A stretch of 64,000 nt of DNA from an uncultured virus (IMG/VR IMGVR_UViG_2850925934_000001) (lineage: Duplodnaviria > Heunggongvirae > Uroviricota > Caudoviricetes): positions 1-64,000 of IMG/VR virus record IMGVR_UViG_2850925934_000001; one strand, given 5' to 3'. The position numbers were made by a program, and so were the translations under genes. A model generated the notes under the pieces. The model was not told the DNA's origin. It ran no database searches and worked only from the letters and a program-made list of their open reading frames with translations. Positions 45,902-55,925 of this stretch are shown here, piece by piece. Every line of letters starts with the position of its first letter. Positions within the stretch are counted from its first letter, which is position 1.

Positions 45902-45983
45902 TCGAATTTCACTCCGTTCTCAATATGTTAAATTCATATTAACGAAAATAATAACGAAAGTCAAGCGAAAGGAGGGCGATAAT

Positions 45984-47738
45984 TTGGCGTATATTAACGG
46001 AAAATGGTTGGATCGTGGAGAGCGGCAGGAGCGTATCGACTTATTGATCGAGAGTGTGCGCCGATTAGCGGCCCTCATTAAAGCGAAAAAAGCCACCGAT
46101 TACCATATCGATATGTTCCGGAAGAACAAGGCCGAATTAATTAAGCTGAAGCGCGTTCATCGTGCCGAAGTGGATATCGCATATTTCACCTACGAGTATT
46201 TGAGCGACGGCCTAAACCCGGAAAACGAGGATAACGTCGTAAGAAATTCAGATGACGGGACGCCTCACGATGGCATTGAAGATATCGCAAAGATACACGA
46301 AGAGTTTTTCGAGCTTTGCGATTACGTCAACGAAGAGAAAAGGAACGCGCGGCTTGCAATCGCGGCTGCTCGGGGCCACTCGAAATCCGGTATGTTTTCG
46401 AACGCCTTGCCGTTACATCAGGCGGCTTACAGAAAACGCAAATATATTCTTGTCATATCAGAGACGGATTCGCTCTCGAAAAAGCTTATCGGATGGGTTA
46501 ACAAGCAGATGAAGTTTAACGCTAAACTGCGGGAAGACTTCGGCCCTATGATGCACGAGTCGGCGAGCCGCAACGAAAAGGATAACGAAGAGGCGTTCAT
46601 TACCACGACGAATATCCTTATCGAGTCGTCATCTTCCGGTAAGCAGCTTCGCGGTAAACGGCACGGAGCTGTCCGGCCGGACCTCGTAATAATTGACGAC
46701 CCGTCATCGACAAACAACGAAGGAACCAAGGAAGCGCGGGAAAAGCTTGTTCACTGGTTTAACTCCGTCGTTGTTCCTATTGGGTCCAAGGCGACCGCGA
46801 TCGTGTTAGTCGGGACGATGGTTTCAGCGACCGGGCTTCTTAACCACGTTCTGAAGCGTAAGGATTTCAAGGCCAGCTTTCACGGAGCGATCATAAGCGA
46901 GCCAACACATCCGGAATTATGGGACAAATACTGCGAGGTCTATGCAAGAGCGGAAACGATCGAAGAGGCTGACGAATTTTACGAAGCGCATAAAGAGGCG
47001 TTGGAGGACGGCGTCGAACTGGCGTGGCCTTGGCGCTGGACCTATCGTGAGCTTATGCACGAAAAAGTAAACATGGGAACGCGCGCATACAATTCGGAAT
47101 TCCGAAACTTGGCTTTCAGTGAAGACGAGCAGTTTTTCTTTCCGGATAACTACGCTTACTATCACTACTACCACGAGAACGGAACAGCATACGTCGTGTA
47201 CAACGAATTGAAAATACCGATCAGCGATCTTCTGATTGTTGGGGCGTGGGATATCGCACAGGGTAAGAATGCGCGGTCTTGCTATAACTCGGTTATTACG
47301 CTTGGTAAGCACGAGCCGACCGGATACATTTTCGTACTTGATGAATACGCATCGAAGGAGCCGGCGCACGTATACATTGACGTCATTATTCGGAAAATCA
47401 AACAATATCGGCATCGTTCCTTCAATGTCGAAACTATAAACGCGCAGCACGAATATTATCGTCAGCTTCAGGAGCGGGTCCGGCAGGAAGGTCTTTATAC
47501 GTGTCGCGTGAACGATGTGAAATCGCATAAGTCTTCGAAAGACGAGCGTATTCAGTCGATGGAGCCGATGCTGCATAACAAAACGCTGATTCTGAACGAT
47601 AGGCACACGATGCTTCTCGATCAGATGGCGCAGTATCCTTTCGGCGATTACGTTGATTCACTCGACGCGCTTCAGCAGGCGCTCGAATCCGTATTCAGAC
47701 CGAAAACAAGGTTGGTGAAGAAGCCGGGATGGCTATAA
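45984..47738 (+). CDS. terL: Terminase large subunit
   Basis: TTG after AGGAGG; ARGHSKS, IIDD, GAWD, DYVDSLD. Confidence 0.92.
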   Translation: MAYINGKWLDRGERQERIDLLIESVRRLAALIKAKKATDYHIDMFRKNKAELIKLKRVHRAEVDIAYFTYEYLSDGLNPENEDNVVRNSDDGTPHDGIEDIAKIHEEFFELCDYVNEEKRNARLAIAAARGHSKSGMFSNALPLHQAAYRKRKYILVISETDSLSKKLIGWVNKQMKFNAKLREDFGPMMHESASRNEKDNEEAFITTTNILIESSSSGKQLRGKRHGAVRPDLVIIDDPSSTNNEGTKEAREKLVHWFNSVVVPIGSKATAIVLVGTMVSATGLLNHVLKRKDFKASFHGAIISEPTHPELWDKYCEVYARAETIEEADEFYEAHKEALEDGVELAWPWRWTYRELMHEKVNMGTRAYNSEFRNLAFSEDEQFFFPDNYAYYHYYHENGTAYVVYNELKIPISDLLIVGAWDIAQGKNARSCYNSVITLGKHEPTGYIFVLDEYASKEPAHVYIDVIIRKIKQYRHRSFNVETINAQHEYYRQLQERVRQEGLYTCRVNDVKSHKSSKDERIQSMEPMLHNKTLILNDRHTMLLDQMAQYPFGDYVDSLDALQQALESVFRPKTRLVKKPGWL

Positions 47739-47754
47739 GAAAGGAGGCGATAAA

Positions 47755-48186
47755 ATGTCGCGGATGAAAGAGCTGGAAGCAAAACTAACGCTTCAGCAAC
47801 GCAAGGCAGCACAAGTCGTTGCGAGTAATGAAGTCACGCCCGAAGACGGGAACAAACGAAGTCAGGACGCGCTGGCCGAAGAAATCGGTGTAAGCCGTAT
47901 GACGCTGTATCGGTGGCGGTTTCAAAATCCGACGTTCATCGAATACATGAACCTATTAGCGGATGACATGCTCTCCGGCCACCGGTCCGAGGTATACGGG
48001 CAGCTTCTAAAGCTAATAAAAGGACCGCAGCCTTCAGTTAAGGCTATCGACTTGTTTATGCGTCGCCACGGCTTACTGACCGATCGTCAGATAACGACCA
48101 ATGAAGCAGACGGAGGCGCCCGCAGTAACGAAGACATCGAGAAGGAACTCGAAGAACTGGCTGACATTATCGGAGAGGAGGAATAG
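47755..48186 (+). CDS. HTH protein (phBC6A51-like), probable terminase small subunit
   Basis: SQDALAEEIGVSRMTLYRW; located between terL and portal. Confidence 0.7.
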   Translation: MSRMKELEAKLTLQQRKAAQVVASNEVTPEDGNKRSQDALAEEIGVSRMTLYRWRFQNPTFIEYMNLLADDMLSGHRSEVYGQLLKLIKGPQPSVKAIDLFMRRHGLLTDRQITTNEADGGARSNEDIEKELEELADIIGEEE

Positions 48187-48188
48187 CG

Positions 48189-49820
48189 TTGGGGTTTTTC
48201 AATTTACTAAAGAAACACGACCAGCCTTCGGATGAGTACACGGTTAGAAAGACGTACAGCATCATTCGGGAAGGCGCGCAATTTCCTCCGGACGATTCAA
48301 TCAAGAGGTTGGCGAAATATAAACGTATGCGTAAGCTCTTCGAAGGAAATCACCGAGACGTATACGAAAGGGCTACGGACATTTTAAAAGATTCGCCACA
48401 AGCGAAACAGCTCGAAAAGCTCTACATCGCTATCAATCTCGCGGATATTTTGGTAACGAAGCCTGCGGATCTGTTGGTAGGAGAACCGGTTCACTTTGAG
48501 AGCGGACTGGACGACACTAGCGGAGAGCAAAAGGCGCTCAACCGATATGTAGAAGAAAACGATCTCAATCAACTGCTGCACGAGAGCGCCATGTCGAACG
48601 GATATCGCGGTGACGCGTGGATTAAGGTTCGATTTGGCTACCGCCAAGACTATTCCGAACTTATCGCGAGGGGCTTAGAGATTCCAGAAGATGCGAAAAT
48701 GGAGTCCGTTGTTGAGCATGTTAATGCGAATTGCGTTTTCCCTGAGTTTTCAGCCGGGAACGTTAAGCAGATCAAAGCGGTCAATATAGCCCAAGTCGAA
48801 TGGGTAGAGACGGAGCAGACGGAAATTCCTTTCCTAAACGTAGAGCGCCATATACCGGGACACATCTTCTATACGCGCTACAGACTATATCAGAATGGCG
48901 TCGATGTTTCAGGTGGCGCCCCAATCAGCGTTTTTAATATAGGCGAAGAGGTGCCGACGGGCCGCGAAGAAGATCACGAAGAGACGTTCCTTCCGCACAT
49001 TCCGGTTTTTCACATTCCGTACAAGTCAATCGATGACAGCTATTTCGGTATTGGCGGATTGGAGAAGATCGAAACGACGCTCGCGGCAATTAACGATCGT
49101 CTGGTGCAGATCGATTACATCCTATGGAAGCACAGCGACCCGACTGCGTATGGACCGGACTTAGAAGGGTCCGGGGATTCGGTTCAGTTTGGCGGCAAGT
49201 ACATTCCGGTTACAAAAGACGATACGACTCCGGGCTATATGGTTTGGCAGGCGCAGCTTGACGCAGCGTTCAAAGAGCTTGACGTCCTATTCAGTAATGT
49301 CTTTCAAATGGCCGAGACGCCGCAGTGGTTATTCGGCACGACGATTTCCGGAGATAATTCAGGCGGCACAGGCACGTCTCACACAGACGGCGCGGCGATC
49401 AAAGCTCGCTTCATGCCGATTCTTTCGAAGGTAAAGCGGATACGAGCGCACTATGACCGGGCGGTAAGAGACGCCCTTTGGACGTGTATGCTGCTCGAAA
49501 AAGCAGTCGGGATCATCGATGTTGAAAAAGCGGTTTATCCGCGGGCTATTTGGAGCGACGGACTTCCGAAGAATGAAAAAGAGCTCGCCGAAATTATGCA
49601 AATCCGTACAGGCGGCAAGCCTACGATTGACGTTCGCGGAGCCATTAAGCAGCAGGACGACGTGGACGACGAAAAAGCTGACGAAATCATTCGCCGCATT
49701 GAAGAAGACGAAAAAACGACGAGCGGCTTTGTTGACGGATCGATTTTCAACAAGGAAGAACCGGAAAAGACCTCTTCGGACGAGGATAAAGAGGAAATCG
49801 CAGAGGAGGACGATAGTTAA
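48189..49820 (+). CDS. Portal protein (SPP1 gp6-like)
   Basis: 543 aa after terminase; size and position. Confidence 0.85.
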   Translation: MGFFNLLKKHDQPSDEYTVRKTYSIIREGAQFPPDDSIKRLAKYKRMRKLFEGNHRDVYERATDILKDSPQAKQLEKLYIAINLADILVTKPADLLVGEPVHFESGLDDTSGEQKALNRYVEENDLNQLLHESAMSNGYRGDAWIKVRFGYRQDYSELIARGLEIPEDAKMESVVEHVNANCVFPEFSAGNVKQIKAVNIAQVEWVETEQTEIPFLNVERHIPGHIFYTRYRLYQNGVDVSGGAPISVFNIGEEVPTGREEDHEETFLPHIPVFHIPYKSIDDSYFGIGGLEKIETTLAAINDRLVQIDYILWKHSDPTAYGPDLEGSGDSVQFGGKYIPVTKDDTTPGYMVWQAQLDAAFKELDVLFSNVFQMAETPQWLFGTTISGDNSGGTGTSHTDGAAIKARFMPILSKVKRIRAHYDRAVRDALWTCMLLEKAVGIIDVEKAVYPRAIWSDGLPKNEKELAEIMQIRTGGKPTIDVRGAIKQQDDVDDEKADEIIRRIEEDEKTTSGFVDGSIFNKEEPEKTSSDEDKEEIAEEDDS

Positions 49821-50644
49821 TGCCTCGTTCTCCTGAGCCTCAATACGATTATCAGACGAATCGACTTGCCGGGTATTATCAGGAGGCGGTACGAGACATC
49901 TTGGCGGAGCTTGAACGAATTGACCTCGATAATTTTCGAAGGGCTAACGCGTTGGCGACTTTGAAATCTATTAGCGAGATCCTCAGTGATTTAGACGAAA
50001 AATCTTCCGCATGGGTCAAAAAGAATGTTCCGAAGGCGGCCACCGATGGTATTGCACGGGCACTGGTCGCGCTTGACGTAGCAAAGACAGTAGCTGACGC
50101 AGAAAAAATCGTTGTTTTTAACGAGGTAAACGAGTACATGGTTGCGGCTGCTGTAGCGGATACGCAGTCGGATTTATTAGCGATCACGCAAAATGTCGAT
50201 AGGAAGACGCGGGCCACCGTCAGAAAAGCCGTTTCGGATTCGATGCGTCTTAATATGACCAAAGGGACGAACGGACGGCGGAGCATAACGGATCTGGTGC
50301 GCAAGTCTCTTCGGGCTTCGGTGAATACCGGCATTATTGATGCGAGGGGAAATCGATGGAAGCCGGAAGTGTATGCGGATATGGTCGTCCGCACAAAGAT
50401 GATGGAAACCTATCGGGAAGCTCATACGAATGAGGCGGTAAGCCGCGGAGCTTATTATGCGCAAATTTCGTCTCACGGGGCGAAGGATCTATGCCGTCTC
50501 CACGAAGGACAAATCATTAAGCTGACTGACGACGCTCCCGGCAATTATCCGACATATGACGAACTCAAAGCGACCGGGGAGATATTTCACCCACGTTGTA
50601 AGCACGTAATTTCTACAATAAGAAACCCATCAAGCGCCGTGTAG
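49820..50644 (+). CDS. Minor capsid/head morphogenesis protein
   Basis: ISSHGA..C...FHPRCKH. Confidence 0.8.
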   Translation: MPRSPEPQYDYQTNRLAGYYQEAVRDILAELERIDLDNFRRANALATLKSISEILSDLDEKSSAWVKKNVPKAATDGIARALVALDVAKTVADAEKIVVFNEVNEYMVAAAVADTQSDLLAITQNVDRKTRATVRKAVSDSMRLNMTKGTNGRRSITDLVRKSLRASVNTGIIDARGNRWKPEVYADMVVRTKMMETYREAHTNEAVSRGAYYAQISSHGAKDLCRLHEGQIIKLTDDAPGNYPTYDELKATGEIFHPRCKHVISTIRNPSSAV

Positions 50645-50734
50645 CGCTTTTTTATTTTGTCCGAACGTTATGACGTTAAAAGAAACGGCTGCATCACTCA
50701 ATAGCCGACGGGCTTTAAGCGGTGGAGGGACTGT

Positions 50735-51406
50735 ATGAGCGAAGAACTTAAAGAAACGCAAACAAGCGAGGTTACCGATCAAACTACGGCTGAGGTGCCG
50801 GAAAATAAACCGGAAGCGCAGACGGTGACTATGACGCAAGAGGAATTTAACGCTGTAATTGCTCGCGAAAAGGGGCGCGTTAAGAACAAGTACGCTGACT
50901 ATGACGAAGTGAAGGCGAAACTAAGCGATTACGAAAAAGCCCAGAAAGAGCGAGAAGAGGCGGAAATGACCGAGCTGGAAAAGCTTACGAAACAGCTCGA
51001 CGAAAAGGCCGAAGCTGAAGCCGCCTTCGTAAAGCAGATCGAAGATTTAAAAGCGGCTGCTGAACAGGAAAAAGTGGCGAACGAATTTATCAAGGTTGCT
51101 ACGAGCAACGGCATCGCCTACATTGACGACGCTTTACGTCTGGCTGACCTATCCGCGGTAAAGGTTGAGGACGGAAAAGTAATCGGCATGGAGGACGTTG
51201 TAAAGGGGCTCGTTGACAATAAACCATACTTGGTTGCGAAACAGCAAACGCTGAAGCCGATCGGCCAACCTTCTAATAGCGGAGGAGAGACGGACGGAGG
51301 CGAAATCAAGACGTTAGAAGCGCAGCTAAGCGAAGCGAAGAAAGAAAAGAATTTTTCGAAGGTTATCGAGCTTTCAAACAAATTGAAATCACTTTTGAAG
51401 AAGTAG
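50735..51406 (+). CDS. Capsid scaffolding protein
   Basis: Acidic coiled coil with KYADYDEVK, preceding MCP. Confidence 0.85.
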   Translation: MSEELKETQTSEVTDQTTAEVPENKPEAQTVTMTQEEFNAVIAREKGRVKNKYADYDEVKAKLSDYEKAQKEREEAEMTELEKLTKQLDEKAEAEAAFVKQIEDLKAAAEQEKVANEFIKVATSNGIAYIDDALRLADLSAVKVEDGKVIGMEDVVKGLVDNKPYLVAKQQTLKPIGQPSNSGGETDGGEIKTLEAQLSEAKKEKNFSKVIELSNKLKSLLKK

Positions 51407-51417
51407 GGGGAAAATAA

Positions 51418-52521
51418 ATGTTAACTAGTTACGATTTTAAAGATCAGGTACGACAGCTTGACGCAGGGATTGACCTTATTATTCAGGATGAACCGACATT
51501 ACTCGGTCTAATCGGCTTAAACGGAGAGGCGCTCTATCAGACTAAATTCGAGTGGATGTCTGATCGACTGAACTCAAACCTCGCGACTGTTAAATCGGTA
51601 GCGGAAGACGGAAAAATTACTGTGGCGGAAGATGACGGAGAGAAGTTTCGTAAAGATGCCATCGTCGTTTTTGGCGAAGAGTATCTGAAGGTTGCTAACG
51701 TGTCCGGTGATGTGCTTACTGTTGTCCGTGGATTTGACGGAACAGTTCAAGAGGAACTCAAGGCAGGCTCTGAGCTGCGTATTGTTTCCCGTCCGCAAAA
51801 TGAAGGTGCGGGTGTCGGTATCGATGAGGGTCATGACCGTTATGTAGATTACAACTTCACGCAAATCATTGAAAGATACGCTGCCGTCTCGAATACTCAA
51901 CAAGCAGTCCGTACACATAACGTATCGAACGAGCTTGATTATCAAGTACAATTACGTCTTAAAGAGATGGCGCGTGAATTTAACGACTGGTTGATCTACG
52001 GCCGTAGAATTGACGGCAAGCCTCGTATGACTGGCGGCTTACTGAACTTTGCGAACTTGAAAGGCGCTGCTAAGGCTAACCTAAAAGGAGCAGAGGTTCA
52101 AGCGAAAGATATTAATGCGTTAATGGAAAAAGTGTATCAGCGCGGCGGGTCAGCAAATACAATCCTTACAAATACCGCGGGTGCTCGTCAAATCTCTAAA
52201 ATGGCGACGGATACTATTCGAACAGAAAGAACGGACGCTGCTACAGGCCACCGCGTAAGTACATTCGTTTCTGATATGGTTGGCGGCGGAGTCGCGACTG
52301 TAGTCGTAGATCCGAACTTCCCTAAAGACAAAATCGCACTCTTCGACCGTAGTATTCTTTCTCTACATCCGCTGAACGGCCGTTCCGTCTACGATACTGA
52401 TGCTAGCGTAAATGGTGCCGACTTTGTTGCGCGTCAGATCCGTGGTGAATACGGAATCAAGGTCAAAAACGCAAACGAAAAAATCGCTATCCTCGAAAAT
52501 ATCTCGACAACTGTGTCTTAA
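51418..52521 (+). CDS. Major capsid protein
   Basis: 367 aa; KFEW, NFTQI, RMTGG motifs; followed by terminator. Confidence 0.85.
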   Translation: MLTSYDFKDQVRQLDAGIDLIIQDEPTLLGLIGLNGEALYQTKFEWMSDRLNSNLATVKSVAEDGKITVAEDDGEKFRKDAIVVFGEEYLKVANVSGDVLTVVRGFDGTVQEELKAGSELRIVSRPQNEGAGVGIDEGHDRYVDYNFTQIIERYAAVSNTQQAVRTHNVSNELDYQVQLRLKEMAREFNDWLIYGRRIDGKPRMTGGLLNFANLKGAAKANLKGAEVQAKDINALMEKVYQRGGSANTILTNTAGARQISKMATDTIRTERTDAATGHRVSTFVSDMVGGGVATVVVDPNFPKDKIALFDRSILSLHPLNGRSVYDTDASVNGADFVARQIRGEYGIKVKNANEKIAILENISTTVS

Positions 52522-52529
52522 TGGCAATC

Positions 52530-52552
52530 GACGGGCTTCGGCCCGTCTTTTT
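52530..52552 (+). terminator. Terminator after MCP
   Basis: GACGGGC-TTCG-GCCCGTC-TTTTT. Confidence 0.85.
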
Positions 52553-52572
52553 AATTTGAAAGGAGGCCAACA

Positions 52573-52827
52573 ATGGCAATTACAGATGACCAGAAACGGA
52601 GATTAAATGAATCTATGCCGGTCGCTAACGATCTAAAGCTTGGCGACATCATTCAGGAATTACAGGAAGGCGGAGGCACGGCTGGTCCGAAAGGCGATAA
52701 AGGGGACACCGGACCTCAAGGACCGAAAGGCGATACCGGACCAAAAGGAGCGGACGGGTTCGGAACCAAAGCGCAGTATGACGACATCATCGCGCGGCTT
52801 AAAGCGTTAGAAGGAGCTGGCTCGTAA
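52573..52827 (+). CDS. Short collagen-like head fibre/decoration protein
   Basis: GXY repeats GPKGDKGDTGPQGPKGDTGPKGADG. Confidence 0.75.
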   Translation: MAITDDQKRRLNESMPVANDLKLGDIIQELQEGGGTAGPKGDKGDTGPQGPKGDTGPKGADGFGTKAQYDDIIARLKALEGAGS

Positions 52828-52829
52828 TA

Positions 52830-53048
52830 ATGGCCGTCTATAAGGCTTCTCCGTTTTATTCCGTTGGCACCGACCAGACGATCGTATTCGACCATAAAGG
52901 CGTTTACGAAACCGATGTTCCGGCCGAAATCAAGCAGTTGAATGCATTATGTCCGCGATGGATTAGCTGTGTAGTGTCAGACGATGAGGCGGAAAAGGCG
53001 GAGGCAAAGGCGCCGAAAAAGCCTGCACGTAAGTCCTCCGGAAAATAA
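52830..53048 (+). CDS. Small head-associated hypothetical protein
   Basis: Position in head cluster. Confidence 0.6.
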   Translation: MAVYKASPFYSVGTDQTIVFDHKGVYETDVPAEIKQLNALCPRWISCVVSDDEAEKAEAKAPKKPARKSSGK

Positions 53049-53062
53049 GGAGGGTTGCGTGC

Positions 53063-53449
53063 ATGGCTTTAAGCGTAGAAGCTGCAAACGAATATATTAA
53101 CCGAATGACAATCGATAACGAGGATTGGAACGACTATGACAACGCGAAGCAGCAGCGGGTACTAAACGTAGCCGAGGACGTCTTGGCTCGAAAATTTCGT
53201 AAGTACGTCATTCCTGACGACGCAGTTTACGAGTTTACGAATGTGCTTGCAACTGCCTATAACGATACGAACCGCCTGAATAAGCACGGCATCGCGTCTT
53301 ACTCAATCACCGGCGTCGGGTCGTTTACGTATAAGGAAACGCTTCGAGCTGACGATGAGTCTCTCATACCGAAAAAGACGATCGACCTGATCGAAGAAGC
53401 AAACGACGTGAAACTTAGCGGTCGGACCGTAAAAGCGACGGTGATGTAA
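53063..53449 (+). CDS. Head-tail adaptor
   Basis: Size, position, GIASYSITG. Confidence 0.7.
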   Translation: MALSVEAANEYINRMTIDNEDWNDYDNAKQQRVLNVAEDVLARKFRKYVIPDDAVYEFTNVLATAYNDTNRLNKHGIASYSITGVGSFTYKETLRADDESLIPKKTIDLIEEANDVKLSGRTVKATVM

Positions 53450-53785
53450 TTGGCGATCATACCGATGCGTCAGACCGTAACCGTTACTCGTGCTTCAGAT
53501 GATATAGACGTGTGGGGAAACCCCGTGGACGTCGAGCCGTTCGAAATTAAGTGCCGAATCGACGAAGGATCTACTATTGCGAATTCACGTTCTTCCGGTG
53601 TTGTGAAGAGCGAGGAAGTCGTGGCTACGGCGCGCATCTTAGTCGATAAATTAGCCGACATCAGGTATACGGATACACTCGCATTCACGAACGAGTTGGG
53701 CGAAACCATTGAGCGTAAGCCGAAGGAAATAAACGTGAAGCGGCATGTCAGCGGTAAGCCGATTCTGACCGAGGTAATCGTATGA
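53450..53785 (+). CDS. Head closure protein
   Basis: DVWGNP motif, synteny. Confidence 0.65.
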   Translation: MAIIPMRQTVTVTRASDDIDVWGNPVDVEPFEIKCRIDEGSTIANSRSSGVVKSEEVVATARILVDKLADIRYTDTLAFTNELGETIERKPKEINVKRHVSGKPILTEVIV

Positions 53786-54189
53786 GTTTTACGTTGGATG
53801 CTGGCAATTTTCTATCGTTGTTGGATAACCGAGAGGCAGCCGTTGAGCAGGCAGCAAAGACAGCGATGCATGATAACACGGATGACCTCGCTAGACTTGC
53901 GCAAAATATCGCCCCGATTGATAAAGCCACGCTCCGTCGCGGCATGAAAAAGAAGGTTACGTTAAAGCGTGATAGTCTGATCGGTGAAGTATCGTTCCGG
54001 GCCGTTGATAAAGGCTTTAACTATGCGCTATGGACGCACGAAGCGGATTACAACCTCGGACCAGTTTCGGCAGGTGCAGGAGGCATTAACGGCTATCCGG
54101 TCGGTAACAAATATCTGGAACGTCCCCTGAAAGGTGAATCGCAGAAATATATTAATCACGTAGCAGACGCGGTGAGAAGGGAGTTGTGA
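53782..54189 (+). CDS. HK97 gp10-like tail completion protein
   Basis: APIDKATLRR, YALWTHE, KYLERP. Confidence 0.75.
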   Translation: MSFTLDAGNFLSLLDNREAAVEQAAKTAMHDNTDDLARLAQNIAPIDKATLRRGMKKKVTLKRDSLIGEVSFRAVDKGFNYALWTHEADYNLGPVSAGAGGINGYPVGNKYLERPLKGESQKYINHVADAVRREL

Positions 54190-54195
54190 TAATCG

Positions 54196-54585
54196 TTGAA
54201 GATAACCGAATTAATCTCGTTCATACAATCGCGGGTTGACGGTGTTTATTACGCAAACGGATTCCCGCGGAATGCTGCAGACGAATGTACTTATGTGCGA
54301 TTTACAGGCGGATTTCCTCCGTCTCAATGGACCGGAAAGAGTCAGCCGTCGTTTCAAATAATCGTACGAGGAAAGGCAAGGGGCGACGCGGATTGCGAAG
54401 AGAAAGCGTATCAGCTTCAGGAAGCGTTAACGAATCTCCGTGAAGTGTTTATCGGTAGTAGCTCAATCGTTGTTATCCGCGCGGCCAATTCGGTGCCGTT
54501 ATTTATCGGATACGACGACAATGATCGTCCCCAATACTCGTTAAATTTCGATTGTGTAGTGCGCCCCGACCGGGCGCTTTTTTAA
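54196..54585 (+). CDS. Tail terminator / minor capsid-like protein
   Basis: PSFQIIVRG, DDNDRPQYSLNF. Confidence 0.7.
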   Translation: MKITELISFIQSRVDGVYYANGFPRNAADECTYVRFTGGFPPSQWTGKSQPSFQIIVRGKARGDADCEEKAYQLQEALTNLREVFIGSSSIVVIRAANSVPLFIGYDDNDRPQYSLNFDCVVRPDRALF

Positions 54586-54609
54586 TGCAAAAATAAAGGA
54601 GGAAAACGG

Positions 54610-55164
54610 ATGGCTGGAATTAAAACGATTCAAGTTCCTATCGGCCCCGCAATCGTCGAGTACGGCGAGGGTAAGGATATGGTGACGTTTGACATCACGA
54701 AGGGCGGCATCGTTTTTAAGGCGCAGATGTCTAAGCAGGATACAACGGTCGACCAATACGGTGACTCGATTGTAGGCTCACGGACAAAGGGTGGAACTTG
54801 CGAATGTACCGTACCGTTTGCGATCTATGATTTAGAAAAGATTCATAAGGCGGTGCCGAACAGTAAGTACGTGTCTGACGGAGACAAAAAGAAGCTAGTA
54901 GTCAGCGGCAAAGCCGGATATGACTTACTGAAGGATGCGAAGCCTTTACGAATTAAGCCGACAGATCCGGAAGCGACGGCCAACGATTGGCTCACGATTC
55001 CACTAGCTGGTGCGTCGACTGACATCGAATATACGTATGATTCCGATAATGAGAGGATCGCTAACCTAACGTTTACCGGTTATCCGGACACGATGGGAGA
55101 CGGCGATCTTTTTATTATGGGCGACGAAACGGCCGGGACCTCTTCCGGAACCGGTAGCGAATAA
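54610..55164 (+). CDS. Major tail protein
   Basis: 184 aa, synteny, terminator at 55171-55200. Confidence 0.8.
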   Translation: MAGIKTIQVPIGPAIVEYGEGKDMVTFDITKGGIVFKAQMSKQDTTVDQYGDSIVGSRTKGGTCECTVPFAIYDLEKIHKAVPNSKYVSDGDKKKLVVSGKAGYDLLKDAKPLRIKPTDPEATANDWLTIPLAGASTDIEYTYDSDNERIANLTFTGYPDTMGDGDLFIMGDETAGTSSGTGSE

Positions 55165-55221
55165 CAAACGAAAGACGCCGTCGAGGGGCGGTGTCTTTTT
55201 AATTAACGAAAGGAGAGTCGC

Positions 55222-55593
55222 ATGAACATTTTCAAAAAGAAACAGGAGGCAGATTCGATCCAGCTCGGTAAGTATCCGGTCGAGGTCGCGAAGCTCACTC
55301 CGGCCAAGTGGAAACAGCTTTTCGCAGCGCTCGATAAAATTCCGTTTCTCGTTCTGGAGGTCTTCAGCGCGCCTAAAACGGATTTCTACTCGTATTTAGT
55401 GAGCGCGGTTGAGGTCGGCATGGATGAGATCGTCGAGATTACGGCATTATTGAGCGGCGTAGATGCCGAGTACATCCGTGAAGAAGTCGGTACGGACGAA
55501 ATTATCGAGTACATCACGCTCACTGTCAAAAGGAACCGTCTTGACTCGCAAGCAAAAAACGTGAAGAGCCTTCTTCCGAAACTCGAAAAGTAG
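55222..55593 (+). CDS. Tail assembly chaperone (G)
   Basis: Between MTP and TMP; slippery A AAA AAC at 55554-55560. Confidence 0.8.
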   Translation: MNIFKKKQEADSIQLGKYPVEVAKLTPAKWKQLFAALDKIPFLVLEVFSAPKTDFYSYLVSAVEVGMDEIVEITALLSGVDAEYIREEVGTDEIIEYITLTVKRNRLDSQAKNVKSLLPKLEK

Positions 55594-55925
55594 ACGAAGA
55601 GGGCGATCCGTATACGATTGACGACTATCTAATCGAAGCGGCTATCAGTTTGGGCGTCACGCAGCATCAGATAGAAAACGAGTTTTACATGGTGGATATA
55701 CCGAAATTTGTGCGCGCCAAGACGAGACAAGGCGCGGTAAGGCGGATAGAAGACATTCGCGTACTTCTTGCGACGAATAGTCGGGCAAGTGAGGACGATG
55801 AGTATAAACAGTTCATGAATGCGTTAATTCGGGCGGCAGGACTTCGGCCTGAAGTGAAATTCGACCGTGAGAAATTCGAACAATTACGGGCTTTACAGGG
55901 GAATTTTCGGAAAGGAGGTAAATAG
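55560..55925 (+). CDS. Tail assembly chaperone -1 frameshift extension (GT)
   Basis: -1 frame open from the slippery site into the 55650-55925 ORF. Confidence 0.75.
   Translation, partial: REEPSSETRKVDEEGDPYTIDDYLIEAAISLGVTQHQIENEFYMVDIPKFVRAKTRQGAVRRIEDIRVLLATNSRASEDDEYKQFMNALIRAAGLRPEVKFDREKFEQLRALQGNFRKGGK

Noticed and set aside
45678..45983. N-terminal extension of terL in the ORF track
   Set aside because: Antisense to the recombinase; strong RBS at TTG 45984
46917..47606. Long antisense ORFs within terL and other genes
   Set aside because: Shadow frames of well-supported plus-strand genes
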